Virus record (IMG/VR): IMGVR_UViG_3300044611_001480
DNA length: 64,000 nt
Direction: 5' to 3' (one strand)
DNA from: an uncultured virus (IMG/VR IMGVR_UViG_3300044611_001480)
Taxonomy: Duplodnaviria; Heunggongvirae; Uroviricota; Caudoviricetes
The position numbers and the translations under genes are program-made. The notes under the pieces were generated by a model. It saw nothing but the letters and a program-made list of their open reading frames with translations, did not search any database and had not been told where the DNA came from. Below are positions 1-8,560 of this stretch, in pieces; the first letter of the stretch is position 1; every line of letters starts with the position of its first letter.

Positions 1-23
1 TTAGAACAAAACAGGAGAAAAAA

Positions 24-122
24 ATGCTAAAGATTGAATATCTTGAAGAAGAAATCCCAGTCTATGATATTACTGTAGAAGGAACACATAACTTCTTCGC
101 AAATGATATTCTGGTCCATAAT
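24..122 (+). mobile_element. Intein C-terminal fragment (probable naturally split intein, IntC)
   Basis: VYDITVEGTHNFFANDILVHN/C splice motif; has its own SD and ATG. Confidence 0.85.
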
Positions 123-1118
123 TGTCAAGAAATCACACTTCCTACAGTACCACTTCAACATATCGATGATCCTAATGGTGAGATTGCACTTTGTATTCTT
201 TCTGCTGTTAATGTTGGTAAAGTAAAATCTGATGAAGAATTTGAAGAACTTTGTGATCTTTCTGTAAGAGGATTAGAAGAACTGATTGATTATCAAAATT
301 ATCCTGTCAATGCTGCAGAAATTTCAACAAAAGCACGTAGATCCCTTGGAGTTGGATTTATTGGTTTAGCACATTATCTTGCTAAACTTGGATTCAAATA
401 TGATTCTCAAGAAGCATGGGATGCAGTTCATGGTCTTTCTGAATCATTTCAATATTTCCTTTTAAAATCTTCTAATCAGATTGCAAAAGAAAAAGGTGCT
501 TGTGAATATTTCAATCGCACCAAGTATTCTCAAGGTATTTTGCCAATTGATACTTACAAAAAAGATGTAGATGAAGTATCTTCTGTTCCTCTTCAGCACG
601 ATTGGGAAGAATTGAGACAGTCAATTAGAGAATTTGGGTTGAGACACTCCACTCTTACAGCACAAATGCCATCAGAATCAAGTTCTGTAGTTTCAAATGC
701 AACAAATGGAATTGAGCCTCCTCGTGGTTTCTTATCAATTAAGAAATCTAAAAAAGGTCCTCTCAAACAAATTGTTCCGCAGTATCAACATCTCAAAAAC
801 AATTATACGTTGCTTTGGGATATGCCTAGCAATCGTGGTTATATTAATATTGTTGCAGTTATGCAAAAATTCTTTGATCAAGCAATTTCTGGAAACTGGT
901 CATATAATCCAAGTAATTATGAAAATAATGAAGTTCCTGTTTCGGTGATGGCACAAGATCTTCTTACGACATACAAACTTGGATGGAAGACATCTTATTA
1001 CCAAAATACATATGATAATAAGACCGATGAAATTAAGGAGGAAAAATCTAATATTGACGATCTAGTTAAAGAACTTTTAGAAGGAGGAGAAGAAGACTGT
1101 GAATCCTGTAAAATTTAG
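24..1118 (+). CDS. nrdA: Ribonucleotide reductase class Ia alpha subunit, C-terminal part, preceded by a 33-aa intein C-fragment
   Basis: Starts MLKIEYLEEEIPVYDITVEGTHNFFANDILVHN|CQEI (intein blocks F/G ending HN, then Cys+1). Carries RNR motifs CILSAVN, MPSESSS, NATNGIEPP, KTSYY and the C-terminal CESCKI redox pair. SD AGGAG at 13-17. Confidence 0.95.
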   Translation: MLKIEYLEEEIPVYDITVEGTHNFFANDILVHNCQEITLPTVPLQHIDDPNGEIALCILSAVNVGKVKSDEEFEELCDLSVRGLEELIDYQNYPVNAAEISTKARRSLGVGFIGLAHYLAKLGFKYDSQEAWDAVHGLSESFQYFLLKSSNQIAKEKGACEYFNRTKYSQGILPIDTYKKDVDEVSSVPLQHDWEELRQSIREFGLRHSTLTAQMPSESSSVVSNATNGIEPPRGFLSIKKSKKGPLKQIVPQYQHLKNNYTLLWDMPSNRGYINIVAVMQKFFDQAISGNWSYNPSNYENNEVPVSVMAQDLLTTYKLGWKTSYYQNTYDNKTDEIKEEKSNIDDLVKELLEGGEEDCESCKI

Positions 1119-2283
1119 AATAATTGCAGAGAAGGAAAAAATGATTCAAGGAATGACTGTATTTAATACACAAGAGGTAGATGCTAAAAAACAACCTATG
1201 TTTTTTGGTTCTCCTCTTGGAGTTCAAAGATACGATTCTTATAAGTATCCAGTCTTTGATAAGTTAACTCAACAGCAGTTGGGATATTTTTGGAGACCAG
1301 AAGAAGTTTCTTTGCAAAAGGATCGTGCGGATTATCAAACTCTTCGTCCAGAACAAAAACATATTTTTACTTCTAATCTAAAATATCAAATTCTTTTGGA
1401 TTCAGTTCAAGGTCGTGGTCCTGGAATGGCATTTATTCCATACTGTTCACTTCCTGAATTGGAAGCTTGTATGACTGTGTGGGAATTTATGGAAATGATT
1501 CATAGTCGTTCTTATACTTACATTATCAAAAATGTCTATTCTGATCCATCAGAAGTTTTTGATTCTATTTTAAATAATAAAAAAATTCTTGAACGTGCTT
1601 CGTCGGTAACTGGTGCTTATGATGATTTTATCAATTCTGCACAATATTATGGAACATCAAATGAATGGATCTTTGCACAAGAGGGTGCTGGAACTGCAAA
1701 AGAAAGTAGAATTGAATTAAAAAGAAAACTTTACAGAGCAATTGCAAATGTCAACATTCTCGAAGGTATCAGGTTTTATGTCTCGTTCGCTTGCAGCTTT
1801 GCATTTGGTGAACTCAAACTTATGGAAGGATCCGCTAAAATTATCTCTCTCATCGCACGAGACGAAAATCAGCACCTTGTCATTACTCAAAACATCCTCA
1901 ATAAGTGGCGTGAAGGAGATGATCCTGAAATGCAACAAATTGCTAAAGAAGAAGAGGAATGGGTAAGAAATGCTTTTGAGAATTGCGTAAATGAAGAAAA
2001 ACGATGGGCAGAATATCTATTCAAAGATGGATCAATGATTGGTCTAAATGACAAACTTCTTTGGAGTTATGTTGAGTGGATTGCTAATCGTCGCATGAGG
2101 TCTATTGGCATTAAACCACTTTATGATATTGCTGCTAAAAACAATCCACTTCCTTGGACGGAACATTGGATTAGTTCAAAGGGACTTCAGGTAGCACCAC
2201 AAGAAACAGAAGTCGAAAGTTATGTGGTTGGTGGAATTAAGCAGGACATGAAAAAAGATACATTTGCTGGATTTCAATTATGA
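1099..2283 (+). CDS. nrdB: Ribonucleotide reductase class Ia beta subunit (start may be ATG 1141)
   Basis: FWRPEEVSL, EMIHSRSY, LEGIRFYVSF, RDENQH and VAPQETEVESY motifs. Confidence 0.96.
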   Translation: MNPVKFRIIAEKEKMIQGMTVFNTQEVDAKKQPMFFGSPLGVQRYDSYKYPVFDKLTQQQLGYFWRPEEVSLQKDRADYQTLRPEQKHIFTSNLKYQILLDSVQGRGPGMAFIPYCSLPELEACMTVWEFMEMIHSRSYTYIIKNVYSDPSEVFDSILNNKKILERASSVTGAYDDFINSAQYYGTSNEWIFAQEGAGTAKESRIELKRKLYRAIANVNILEGIRFYVSFACSFAFGELKLMEGSAKIISLIARDENQHLVITQNILNKWREGDDPEMQQIAKEEEEWVRNAFENCVNEEKRWAEYLFKDGSMIGLNDKLLWSYVEWIANRRMRSIGIKPLYDIAAKNNPLPWTEHWISSKGLQVAPQETEVESYVVGGIKQDMKKDTFAGFQL

Positions 2284-2287
2284 TATA

Positions 2288-2321
2288 GGAGGGGTTTTGA
2301 CCCCTCTTTTTTTTATAAATA
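2288..2321 (+). terminator. Intrinsic terminator followed directly by a T4-type late promoter (TATAAATA)
   Basis: GGAGGGGT-TTTG-ACCCCTCT, then a T-run, then TATAAATA. Confidence 0.7.
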
Positions 2322-2343
2322 AAAAAAAGTATTATTTACTCAT

Positions 2344-3597
2344 ATGTCTGGAACTTTTAAATTTAAAAGAATTTATACCGAAGGTGCTGCAGCAGAACAT
2401 CCAGATATTGCAGGGCAAAAAGAATTTGCAAGTAAGGCAGATGCCGAAATTGCTCGTAGAAAAGCAGCAAGAGCAAAAAAAGCAGGACCACAACTTCCAA
2501 GTTTTGTTAGAACAATCAAAAAAGAAGAAGTTGAAGTAAATGAAAAAATTGATGTAGGTGCTGATGCTGGTGCAACAATCAGTGATTTCGTACATTCAAA
2601 GAGTAAAACCTTTAAAGGTGATAGTAAGAAGCAAAGAATTAAGAGAGCACTTGGTGCATATTATGGTGCTCAAAAAGAAGAAACTGAAATGAAAGGTAAA
2701 GATCCTTGTTGGAAAAATTATAAAATGGTTGGAACTAAAAAGAAAGGATCAAAAACAGTTCCAAATTGTGTTTCAGAAGAAATTGATTATAGTGATGCTT
2801 ATGATTTTGTAATTGGAACTTTGATTGAGTGTGAATTTGTAGAAGATATTAGTTCTGCGGAAAGAATGTATGAGGCTTTAAGCGAAGATTTTGTGTCTGT
2901 AATTCTTGAAGAATATATTGAAGAAAAAGCAAGAGGAACTAGACCAAAAAGAACAGTACATGCATATGATGTAGATGAGACCTTGTTTTCGCACGGCAAA
3001 AAGGGAAAACCAAATGTAAAGGTTCACGTAAATGATTCATCTGGAAAAAGAGTTAAGAGTTTAAGTAATCAAGAGTTTAATACTCATAAGCTTGAAAAAG
3101 GACATTCTTATGACTTCAGTGAATTTCAAAGTGCCAAAAAGTTCAAAGAAACATCAAGTCCAAATAAAAAGGTAATTAAAGACATTAAGAGAAAGCAAGC
3201 AAGAGGACAAAACGTTCATTTAATTACTGCTCGTTCAAAATTTGATAAACCAAGTGAATTCCAAGGACATCTCAAAAAGCACGGTGTAAACGTAGATAAG
3301 TCAAAGATTCACTACACTGGCGGAATGAGAGGTGGTGATATTGGAAAGAAAAAAGTAGATGTTGCAAATGCAGTAGCAAAGCAGAGTGGAGCTAAAAATA
3401 TTCATATGTATGATGATGCTGAAAAAGTCCATAAGGCATTTGAAAAAGAAAAGAAAAACGCACCAACATCAAAGAAAATAAAAACTCATATGGTTGCACC
3501 AGATAAAAAAGGAGAATCTAGAGTTCGTTCTTATCAGGCAACGAAAGAACAGTTTGATATGACTCCATATGAATATTGGAAACAATACATCGCTTGA
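2344..3597 (+). CDS. Modular hypothetical protein with a C-terminal HAD-like domain
   Basis: HAD motif I YDVDETLF, motif II LITARS, motif IV MYDD; Lys-rich modules separated by EE-rich linkers. Confidence 0.6.
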   Translation: MSGTFKFKRIYTEGAAAEHPDIAGQKEFASKADAEIARRKAARAKKAGPQLPSFVRTIKKEEVEVNEKIDVGADAGATISDFVHSKSKTFKGDSKKQRIKRALGAYYGAQKEETEMKGKDPCWKNYKMVGTKKKGSKTVPNCVSEEIDYSDAYDFVIGTLIECEFVEDISSAERMYEALSEDFVSVILEEYIEEKARGTRPKRTVHAYDVDETLFSHGKKGKPNVKVHVNDSSGKRVKSLSNQEFNTHKLEKGHSYDFSEFQSAKKFKETSSPNKKVIKDIKRKQARGQNVHLITARSKFDKPSEFQGHLKKHGVNVDKSKIHYTGGMRGGDIGKKKVDVANAVAKQSGAKNIHMYDDAEKVHKAFEKEKKNAPTSKKIKTHMVAPDKKGESRVRSYQATKEQFDMTPYEYWKQYIA

Positions 3598-3658
3598 TAA
3601 TTATAAAACAAATAATAACTAAATATTATGAGAAATAAAAAATTTCAAAGTTTTTAAA

Positions 3659-4357
3659 ATGAATCACGAAGACCTCAATGTACTTACCCCAAAGAGCTGG
3701 GGAACCGCAAAAACTTTAAGGGATATTGCTGACGCTTATTCTGCAGTTTACGAAGGTAAAGGTGATGGCAATCTTGCTAACAACTATCCTCCATATGACA
3801 AAGTAACTAGAGGAGACGTTATTGCTGGTGCTTTAGGTCAAGATCAAAAAGGTGGAAATAAGAAAAAGAAAGTAGCAAAAGAAGAAGCAGAGATCGTTGA
3901 TGAAGCAACTGCAATGGCTAAAAGAGGTTATGATGAGACCGAAATTCGAAATAAGATTGCAAAATCAACAGGTGGTGGAGAGGCAGCAGATAGAGCAACT
4001 GAATTAGAAAACAGACCAACTTATGGTCGAAGAGGTGTAAATCCAACAGCAAGACAAAATCTTGCCAGAAAGCAAAGAGGTGATTTTCGTAAGACAACTT
4101 CTTCTGATTATGGTCTTCGTGGATATGCTCATAAGTCTAATGATCCTAATGTAGAGGCATTACAAGCAGCAAGAGGAGCACAAAGAGGTGTTATGACCCC
4201 TAGAGAGAGAAAGCAATTCAATAGAGAGGCATATGAAGCATATGAAGTTGTAGTATCATATTTGCTAGAAAACAATTTTGCAGAAAATATGGAAGATGCT
4301 AATTCTATTATCAATAATATGAGCGAGAGTTGGTTCAATCAAATTATTGAAGGATAA
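3659..4357 (+). CDS. Hypothetical modular protein (possible head-internal protein)
   Basis: 232-aa ORF; its C-terminal ~43 aa resemble an internal block of the preceding ORF. Confidence 0.6.
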   Translation: MNHEDLNVLTPKSWGTAKTLRDIADAYSAVYEGKGDGNLANNYPPYDKVTRGDVIAGALGQDQKGGNKKKKVAKEEAEIVDEATAMAKRGYDETEIRNKIAKSTGGGEAADRATELENRPTYGRRGVNPTARQNLARKQRGDFRKTTSSDYGLRGYAHKSNDPNVEALQAARGAQRGVMTPRERKQFNREAYEAYEVVVSYLLENNFAENMEDANSIINNMSESWFNQIIEG

Positions 4358-4380
4358 AATACTTTTGTTATAATATATTC

Positions 4381-4416
4381 AAGCACCTTGACAGGTGCTT
4401 TTTTTATGACTATAAT
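4381..4416 (+). promoter_or_regulatory. Terminator hairpin overlapping a sigma70-type promoter
   Basis: AAGCACCT-TGAC-AGGTGCTT plus T-run; TTGACA (4388) - 17 nt - TATAAT (4411). Confidence 0.7.
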
Positions 4417-4479
4417 CACTCTGTTAGGGTTGAAGATAAGTTGTATCTATAAATAACTTGAATATTATTAGGAACCCGA

Positions 4480-4926
4480 ATGAGTTATGAAAACCCTTGG
4501 AGATACAATAGGGAAATTTTTGATAGCAATAATATTCAAGATAATTTTGGTTTTGTTTATCGTATTGATTGTGATACAACTGGTCGTAGATATGTTGGCA
4601 GGAAGTATTTTTGGTCTTTTCGTACACCGAAAGGAAAATCTAGAAAAGTTAAATCAGAGTCTGATTGGAAACAATACTACGGGTCCTGTCCAGAACTCAA
4701 AGAAGATATAAAGAAATACGGAAAAGATAAGTTTCAAAGAACTATATTATCTCTTCATAAGACTAAAGGGAAAACAAACTATGAAGAGACAAGGCAATTA
4801 TTCTTAAATAATGTCTTAACTGAATCTCTTGACAATGGTACTCCTGTCTACTATAATTCCAATATACTTTCAAGATATTTTAGGAAGGATTACTTTGATG
4901 AAATTTCACGTCAAGAAAATGTGTAA
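4480..4926 (+). CDS. GIY-YIG family endonuclease-like protein
   Basis: GFVYRI...RRYVGRK, YYGS and YYNSNI motifs. Confidence 0.7.
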   Translation: MSYENPWRYNREIFDSNNIQDNFGFVYRIDCDTTGRRYVGRKYFWSFRTPKGKSRKVKSESDWKQYYGSCPELKEDIKKYGKDKFQRTILSLHKTKGKTNYEETRQLFLNNVLTESLDNGTPVYYNSNILSRYFRKDYFDEISRQENV

Positions 4927-5095
4927 TGATATGATTAATAATCATATTGATCGTATGCATGAATTGTGTGATTGTGGTAAAATTAAAGATGCAGAAAGCG
5001 TTTATAGTGAAATTCGTGATTGGGTAATTCAAAAAGAAAATCTTGAAGTATTGTCCTTAGAATATATCAGTGGTTATTTTGTTGATTTTGAATAA
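4898..5095 (+). CDS. Hypothetical protein
   Basis: ORF with AGGA upstream of ATG 4898. Confidence 0.5.
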   Translation: MKFHVKKMCNDMINNHIDRMHELCDCGKIKDAESVYSEIRDWVIQKENLEVLSLEYISGYFVDFE

Positions 5096-5179
5096 AATCT
5101 AAATAATCCGATATAATTAAAAAATCCTTTTTGGATTCCTATTATGAGTAGGTTTTTATATTATTAGATTTTGAAGTGT

Positions 5180-5250
5180 GACATTTAGAGCCGTGGAAAG
5201 TGCCCTCTGAGAGGTTGGGTGTACCCCCTTTCTAAACGGATGTAGAGTTC
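5180..5250 (+). ncRNA. Candidate structured leader RNA upstream of the lysozyme gene
   Basis: GC-rich island in an AT-rich spacer; CCGT-GGAAAG pairs with CTTTC-TAA-ACGG and encloses internal hairpins. Confidence 0.35.
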
Positions 5251-5261
5251 AATTAAAATTA

Positions 5262-5903
5262 ATGCAACAATTCTTTACTGTAGCCCTGCCCCTTCTGGCA
5301 ACGGTTACGACCAATGCGGCAACACTGCCTAGCGTGTTTCCTCCTCCACCTGTGAGTGGTCCTCCACCATTTTCTATCATTAGAGAGGAGCCTACATCAA
5401 AGACAGCGACCAAAGAGGTTGCTCCCGAAAAGCCAAAAGAGAAAAGGCTAATTTGTAAAGGGTGTAATGAATACGAAAATGCTACCCTGGCATATTTCCA
5501 GCAGCGTGGTATTAAAGACAGAAACGCCCTTGCTACCATCATGGGCAATATTAGACAAGAATCAACATTTGTTCCTAATATTTGCGAAGGTGGTAGTAGA
5601 ACTAGTTGGAATAACTGCGGTCGCGGTTATGGACTGATTCAATGGACATCTGCCGATAGATATTATGGATTGGGTGATTTTGCTAGAAGAAATGGTGGAT
5701 CACCATCATCTCTTCACACGCAACTTCGTTATCTAACAACTGAAGTTCAATGGCAACAGATTGAGAATAGGATGAAAACTCCTGGCAAATCTATCAATCG
5801 TTATATGAACTATGCGTATAGTTGGATTGGTTGGGGGCATCATGGTGCCCGCACTTCATATGCCTATGATTATGCCAACCGACTGATCCTGGCGGAAGTT
5901 TGA
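5262..5903 (+). CDS. Exported phage tail-type lysozyme (Phage_lysozyme2-like)
   Basis: Signal-peptide-like N-terminus, Pro-rich linker, ALATIMGNIRQES (catalytic Glu) and GYGLIQWT. Confidence 0.8.
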   Translation: MQQFFTVALPLLATVTTNAATLPSVFPPPPVSGPPPFSIIREEPTSKTATKEVAPEKPKEKRLICKGCNEYENATLAYFQQRGIKDRNALATIMGNIRQESTFVPNICEGGSRTSWNNCGRGYGLIQWTSADRYYGLGDFARRNGGSPSSLHTQLRYLTTEVQWQQIENRMKTPGKSINRYMNYAYSWIGWGHHGARTSYAYDYANRLILAEV

Positions 5904-5945
5904 CACAATAGAATAAATAGTGGGGAGGGTCAATTCTTCCCCTTT

Positions 5946-6392
5946 ATGTTTAATTTTGGAAATAAAAAACCAGATATAAAGCAGTATGCAATTATAGGAA
6001 TTGTATTATCTTCTATTATTGCAATACTCTCCCAGTGTACTGGAGTATCTGAAAATGGTCTTTGGGATTTATTTGATGAGATTCAAAGAAAATATTTTCC
6101 ACAAACTATTCTTAATGAATTTATAATTAAAGATCCTGAAAAACTGAATCGCAGAATTATCAGAGATGTTGATAGAGCAATTCAAAATATAACTCCTGAG
6201 TATGATCGAATCATTGAGGAAGCAGATAAAAAATATCAACCACAGTATACCGAAAAAGAAATAGATCAATCTATTTGTTATACTGATGAGTGCAAAGCAC
6301 TTGGTGGAGAAATTCGTTTGTGCTCTCCTTTTGTTGAGGGAATCAATTGTCCTTTAAGTGATTTGACAAAAAAAGATGGTCTTGAGTATTAA
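5946..6392 (+). CDS. Hypothetical membrane-anchored protein
   Basis: N-terminal hydrophobic helix ending LSQC. Confidence 0.6.
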   Translation: MFNFGNKKPDIKQYAIIGIVLSSIIAILSQCTGVSENGLWDLFDEIQRKYFPQTILNEFIIKDPEKLNRRIIRDVDRAIQNITPEYDRIIEEADKKYQPQYTEKEIDQSICYTDECKALGGEIRLCSPFVEGINCPLSDLTKKDGLEY

Positions 6393-6395
6393 CAC

Positions 6396-6424
6396 TTGAC
6401 ATATGATTTTAAGTGTTGTAGACT
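6396..6424 (+). promoter_or_regulatory. Sigma70-type promoter for the tRNA region
   Basis: TTGACA - 17 nt - TAGACT. Confidence 0.55.
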
Positions 6425-6451
6425 TCTAAAGTCCGTGTGAAGGAAGTTCTA

Positions 6452-6522
6452 TGGGAGTGAATCCAAAAGTAAGGCACCCCGACAAGGGATACAGTAGAAG
6501 GATGCAAAACCTTCCACTCTCA
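6452..6522 (+). ncRNA. tRNA-like element (degenerate cloverleaf)
   Basis: TGGGAGTG/CACTCTCA terminal stem directly after a GAAGG-ATGCAAAA-CCTTC T-arm-like hairpin; no canonical D or anticodon arm. Confidence 0.4.
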
Positions 6523-6527
6523 CAAAT

Positions 6528-6598
6528 GCGGGAATGGTGTAGCGGTAACATGTCATCCTTCCAAGTTGAAATCACGGGTTCGATCCCCGTTTCCCGCT
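6528..6598 (+). tRNA. tRNA-Gly(UCC)
   Basis: GCGGGAA/TTCCCGC acceptor stem, CT-TCC-AA loop, GGTTCGATCC T-arm, U discriminator. Confidence 0.92.
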
Positions 6599-6654
6599 TG
6601 CTCCAATTTTAATAGGAGCTAAATAAACTTTGTAGTTATAATTCTTAACATAAT

Positions 6655-7539
6655 ATGACTTTTCAAAACATTATTGCTGCTGGTGTAGTTGCTGCGTCTT
6701 CTATTGCTGCTCCTGCAATGGCACAAGTCACCAGCATTAAGCAACTGAGTGATGTTCAACCTACTCAATGGTCGTATCAAGCTATCACTAATCTGGTGGA
6801 GCGTTATGGTTGTGTTGCTGGTTATCCAAATGGCACTTTCCATCCCGGTCAACCTGCAACCCGTGCTGAACTTGCTGCTCTGACGAATGCTTGCCTGGAT
6901 CGTATTAGCGAGTATCAAACTGCTGCTGATGCTGCTCTTGCCGCTGCCCTCCGTGCTGAATTCTCTAAAGAGATTGCTGCAACCAATACTCGTGTGAGTG
7001 CTCTTGAGGTTGCTTCTGCTCAAAAGGCACAAGGAGTTGGTAACTATCTAGGTGCTGGTGTTCTGCTGAATCAGCAAGGTACTGCTGGAAATGGTTATAG
7101 TGCTCAACGCACTGTTTCTGGTGCTACTATTCAAGGTCGTTATGCACTGAAGACCTTTAGCAATCAGAATGCTGTTGCTGTTCGTCCTTATGCTAACCTT
7201 GTCGGTACTCCTGCTGGTCAGATCGGTGCTGGTGGTGGTGCTCTTGTTTCTTATGATTGGAGCATTTCCCGTGCCAAGTCTGGTGTTAGCCGTGCTAATA
7301 TCTACACTGGTGTTGGTTATCAGATTCCTTTCGTGAATGAAACTGCTGCTAACTATCAGTCTGCTGTCGGTAATCGCGGTCAAGTAGTATTTGCTCTTGG
7401 TCTTGAGGGTCGTATTAGCAATTCACTTGTTGGTTTTGCTGATCTAAAGTTCCCTACCACTAATGCTGCTAATAGTTATGGTGCTACTAAAGGAACTTAT
7501 TCTCCCGTATTTACTACAGGCATCGGAATTAAGTTCTGA
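6655..7539 (+). CDS. SLH-domain outer-membrane protein (cyanobacterial porin-type N-terminus, short beta-barrel)
   Basis: Signal peptide; LSDVQPTQWSYQAITNLVERYGCVAGYPNGTF...TRAELAA SLH block; coiled coil; amphipathic strands; terminal Phe. Confidence 0.8.
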   Translation: MTFQNIIAAGVVAASSIAAPAMAQVTSIKQLSDVQPTQWSYQAITNLVERYGCVAGYPNGTFHPGQPATRAELAALTNACLDRISEYQTAADAALAAALRAEFSKEIAATNTRVSALEVASAQKAQGVGNYLGAGVLLNQQGTAGNGYSAQRTVSGATIQGRYALKTFSNQNAVAVRPYANLVGTPAGQIGAGGGALVSYDWSISRAKSGVSRANIYTGVGYQIPFVNETAANYQSAVGNRGQVVFALGLEGRISNSLVGFADLKFPTTNAANSYGATKGTYSPVFTTGIGIKF

Positions 7540-7613
7540 TAATCATTCATAAGTTGGGTGAAACCACCCCTTTGGGGTGGTATTTTATATATAAATACCT
7601 AAAAACTTGTAGA

Positions 7614-8057
7614 ATGGAAAACCTTTTTAAGCAATTAAGTGATGCACAAGCATCACTTTTTGTTCTATTTCAAAAAACTTGGATTTATCACTGGAATGTA
7701 GTTGGTCCTAATTTTCAACAACTTCATACTCTTTTTGGTGGTCAATATGAAACAATGTTTGAAGAAATTGACACATTGACAGAACATATGAGATACTTAG
7801 GAATGAAACCAGTTAGCACTTTAAATAGAATTATTGAAGTATCTCATATTGATCAAGCGTCAAATAGCGCACAAGCGATTGATGGAATGGAAATGGTCAG
7901 ACAACTCAGAGATGATAATAAAAAAATCATAGAAGTATTTGCAGACATTTCTGAAGAAGCAGATAATCAAAAACAATTTGCTACATCAAATTTAGTTCAA
8001 ACTTTGATGGAAACACACGGAAAGTTTCACTGGATGTTAAAATCCTTTTTAGAATAA
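7614..8057 (+). CDS. dps: Dps family ferritin-like DNA protection protein
   Basis: HWNVVGPNFQQLHTLF, DTLTEH and KFHWML signatures; late promoter TATAAATA upstream. Confidence 0.9.
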   Translation: MENLFKQLSDAQASLFVLFQKTWIYHWNVVGPNFQQLHTLFGGQYETMFEEIDTLTEHMRYLGMKPVSTLNRIIEVSHIDQASNSAQAIDGMEMVRQLRDDNKKIIEVFADISEEADNQKQFATSNLVQTLMETHGKFHWMLKSFLE

Positions 8058-8070
8058 GGAGATTTGAAAA

Positions 8071-8322
8071 ATGTTAACTATAAGGTGCAAAAATTGCAAT
8101 ACAGAATTAAAATCACATCCAACAAAGACAAAATGTTGTGGATGTTCTAATATGGCAACAATTAAAGGTGATAAAATTTCTGCTATTGATTTAACTAAGG
8201 TTGTCATTGTAGAATCAAACAAGGAAATCAAAAAAAATAATTTCCTATCAGATGAAGACATTGCTTGGCAAGAAGCAAGACGAAATCGTAAAATACGAAA
8301 ATTGGAATTTGAAATTAAATAA
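8071..8322 (+). CDS. Hypothetical Cys-rich (Zn-binding) protein
   Basis: CKNC...CCGC; SD AAGGAG. Confidence 0.7.
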   Translation: MLTIRCKNCNTELKSHPTKTKCCGCSNMATIKGDKISAIDLTKVVIVESNKEIKKNNFLSDEDIAWQEARRNRKIRKLEFEIK

Positions 8323-8345
8323 GATTATTAAGTTTTTGATTTTTT

Positions 8346-8433
8346 GCGAGTGAGACTTGGTAGTCAGAGGAGCCTTATAAACTCTTTCCGCCAGATTAGC
8401 GGCTTTGACCTGGTTCGAATCCAGGCACTCGTA
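8346..8433 (+). tRNA. Atypical tRNA with UAU anticodon (nominally Ile) and a long variable arm
   Basis: GCGAGTG/CACTCGT acceptor; GACT-TGGT-AGTC D-arm; loop CT-TAT-AA; CCGC...GCGG variable arm; CCTGG-TTCGAAT-CCAGG T-arm. Confidence 0.75.
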
Positions 8434-8437
8434 TTTT

Positions 8438-8510
8438 GCTCCTTTAGCAATCTGGTGAATGCAATCGACTCATAATCGATGTGAGGTGGGTTCGATCCCC
8501 TCAAGGAGCA
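8438..8510 (+). tRNA. tRNA with CAU anticodon (Met or lysidine-type Ile2)
   Basis: GCTCCTT/AAGGAGC acceptor, ATCGA-CTCATAA-TCGAT anticodon arm, GGTTCGATCC. Confidence 0.9.
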
Positions 8511-8560
8511 TAGTCACGGAATGACTTAAAACTTGCCCTGGTCGGTGATAAAAACCTTTT

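Noticed and set aside
8346..8433. tRNA-Sec or tRNA-Pyl identity
   Set aside because: The anticodon is UAU rather than UCA or CUA, and the acceptor/T stems are 7/5; only some structural traits are shared.
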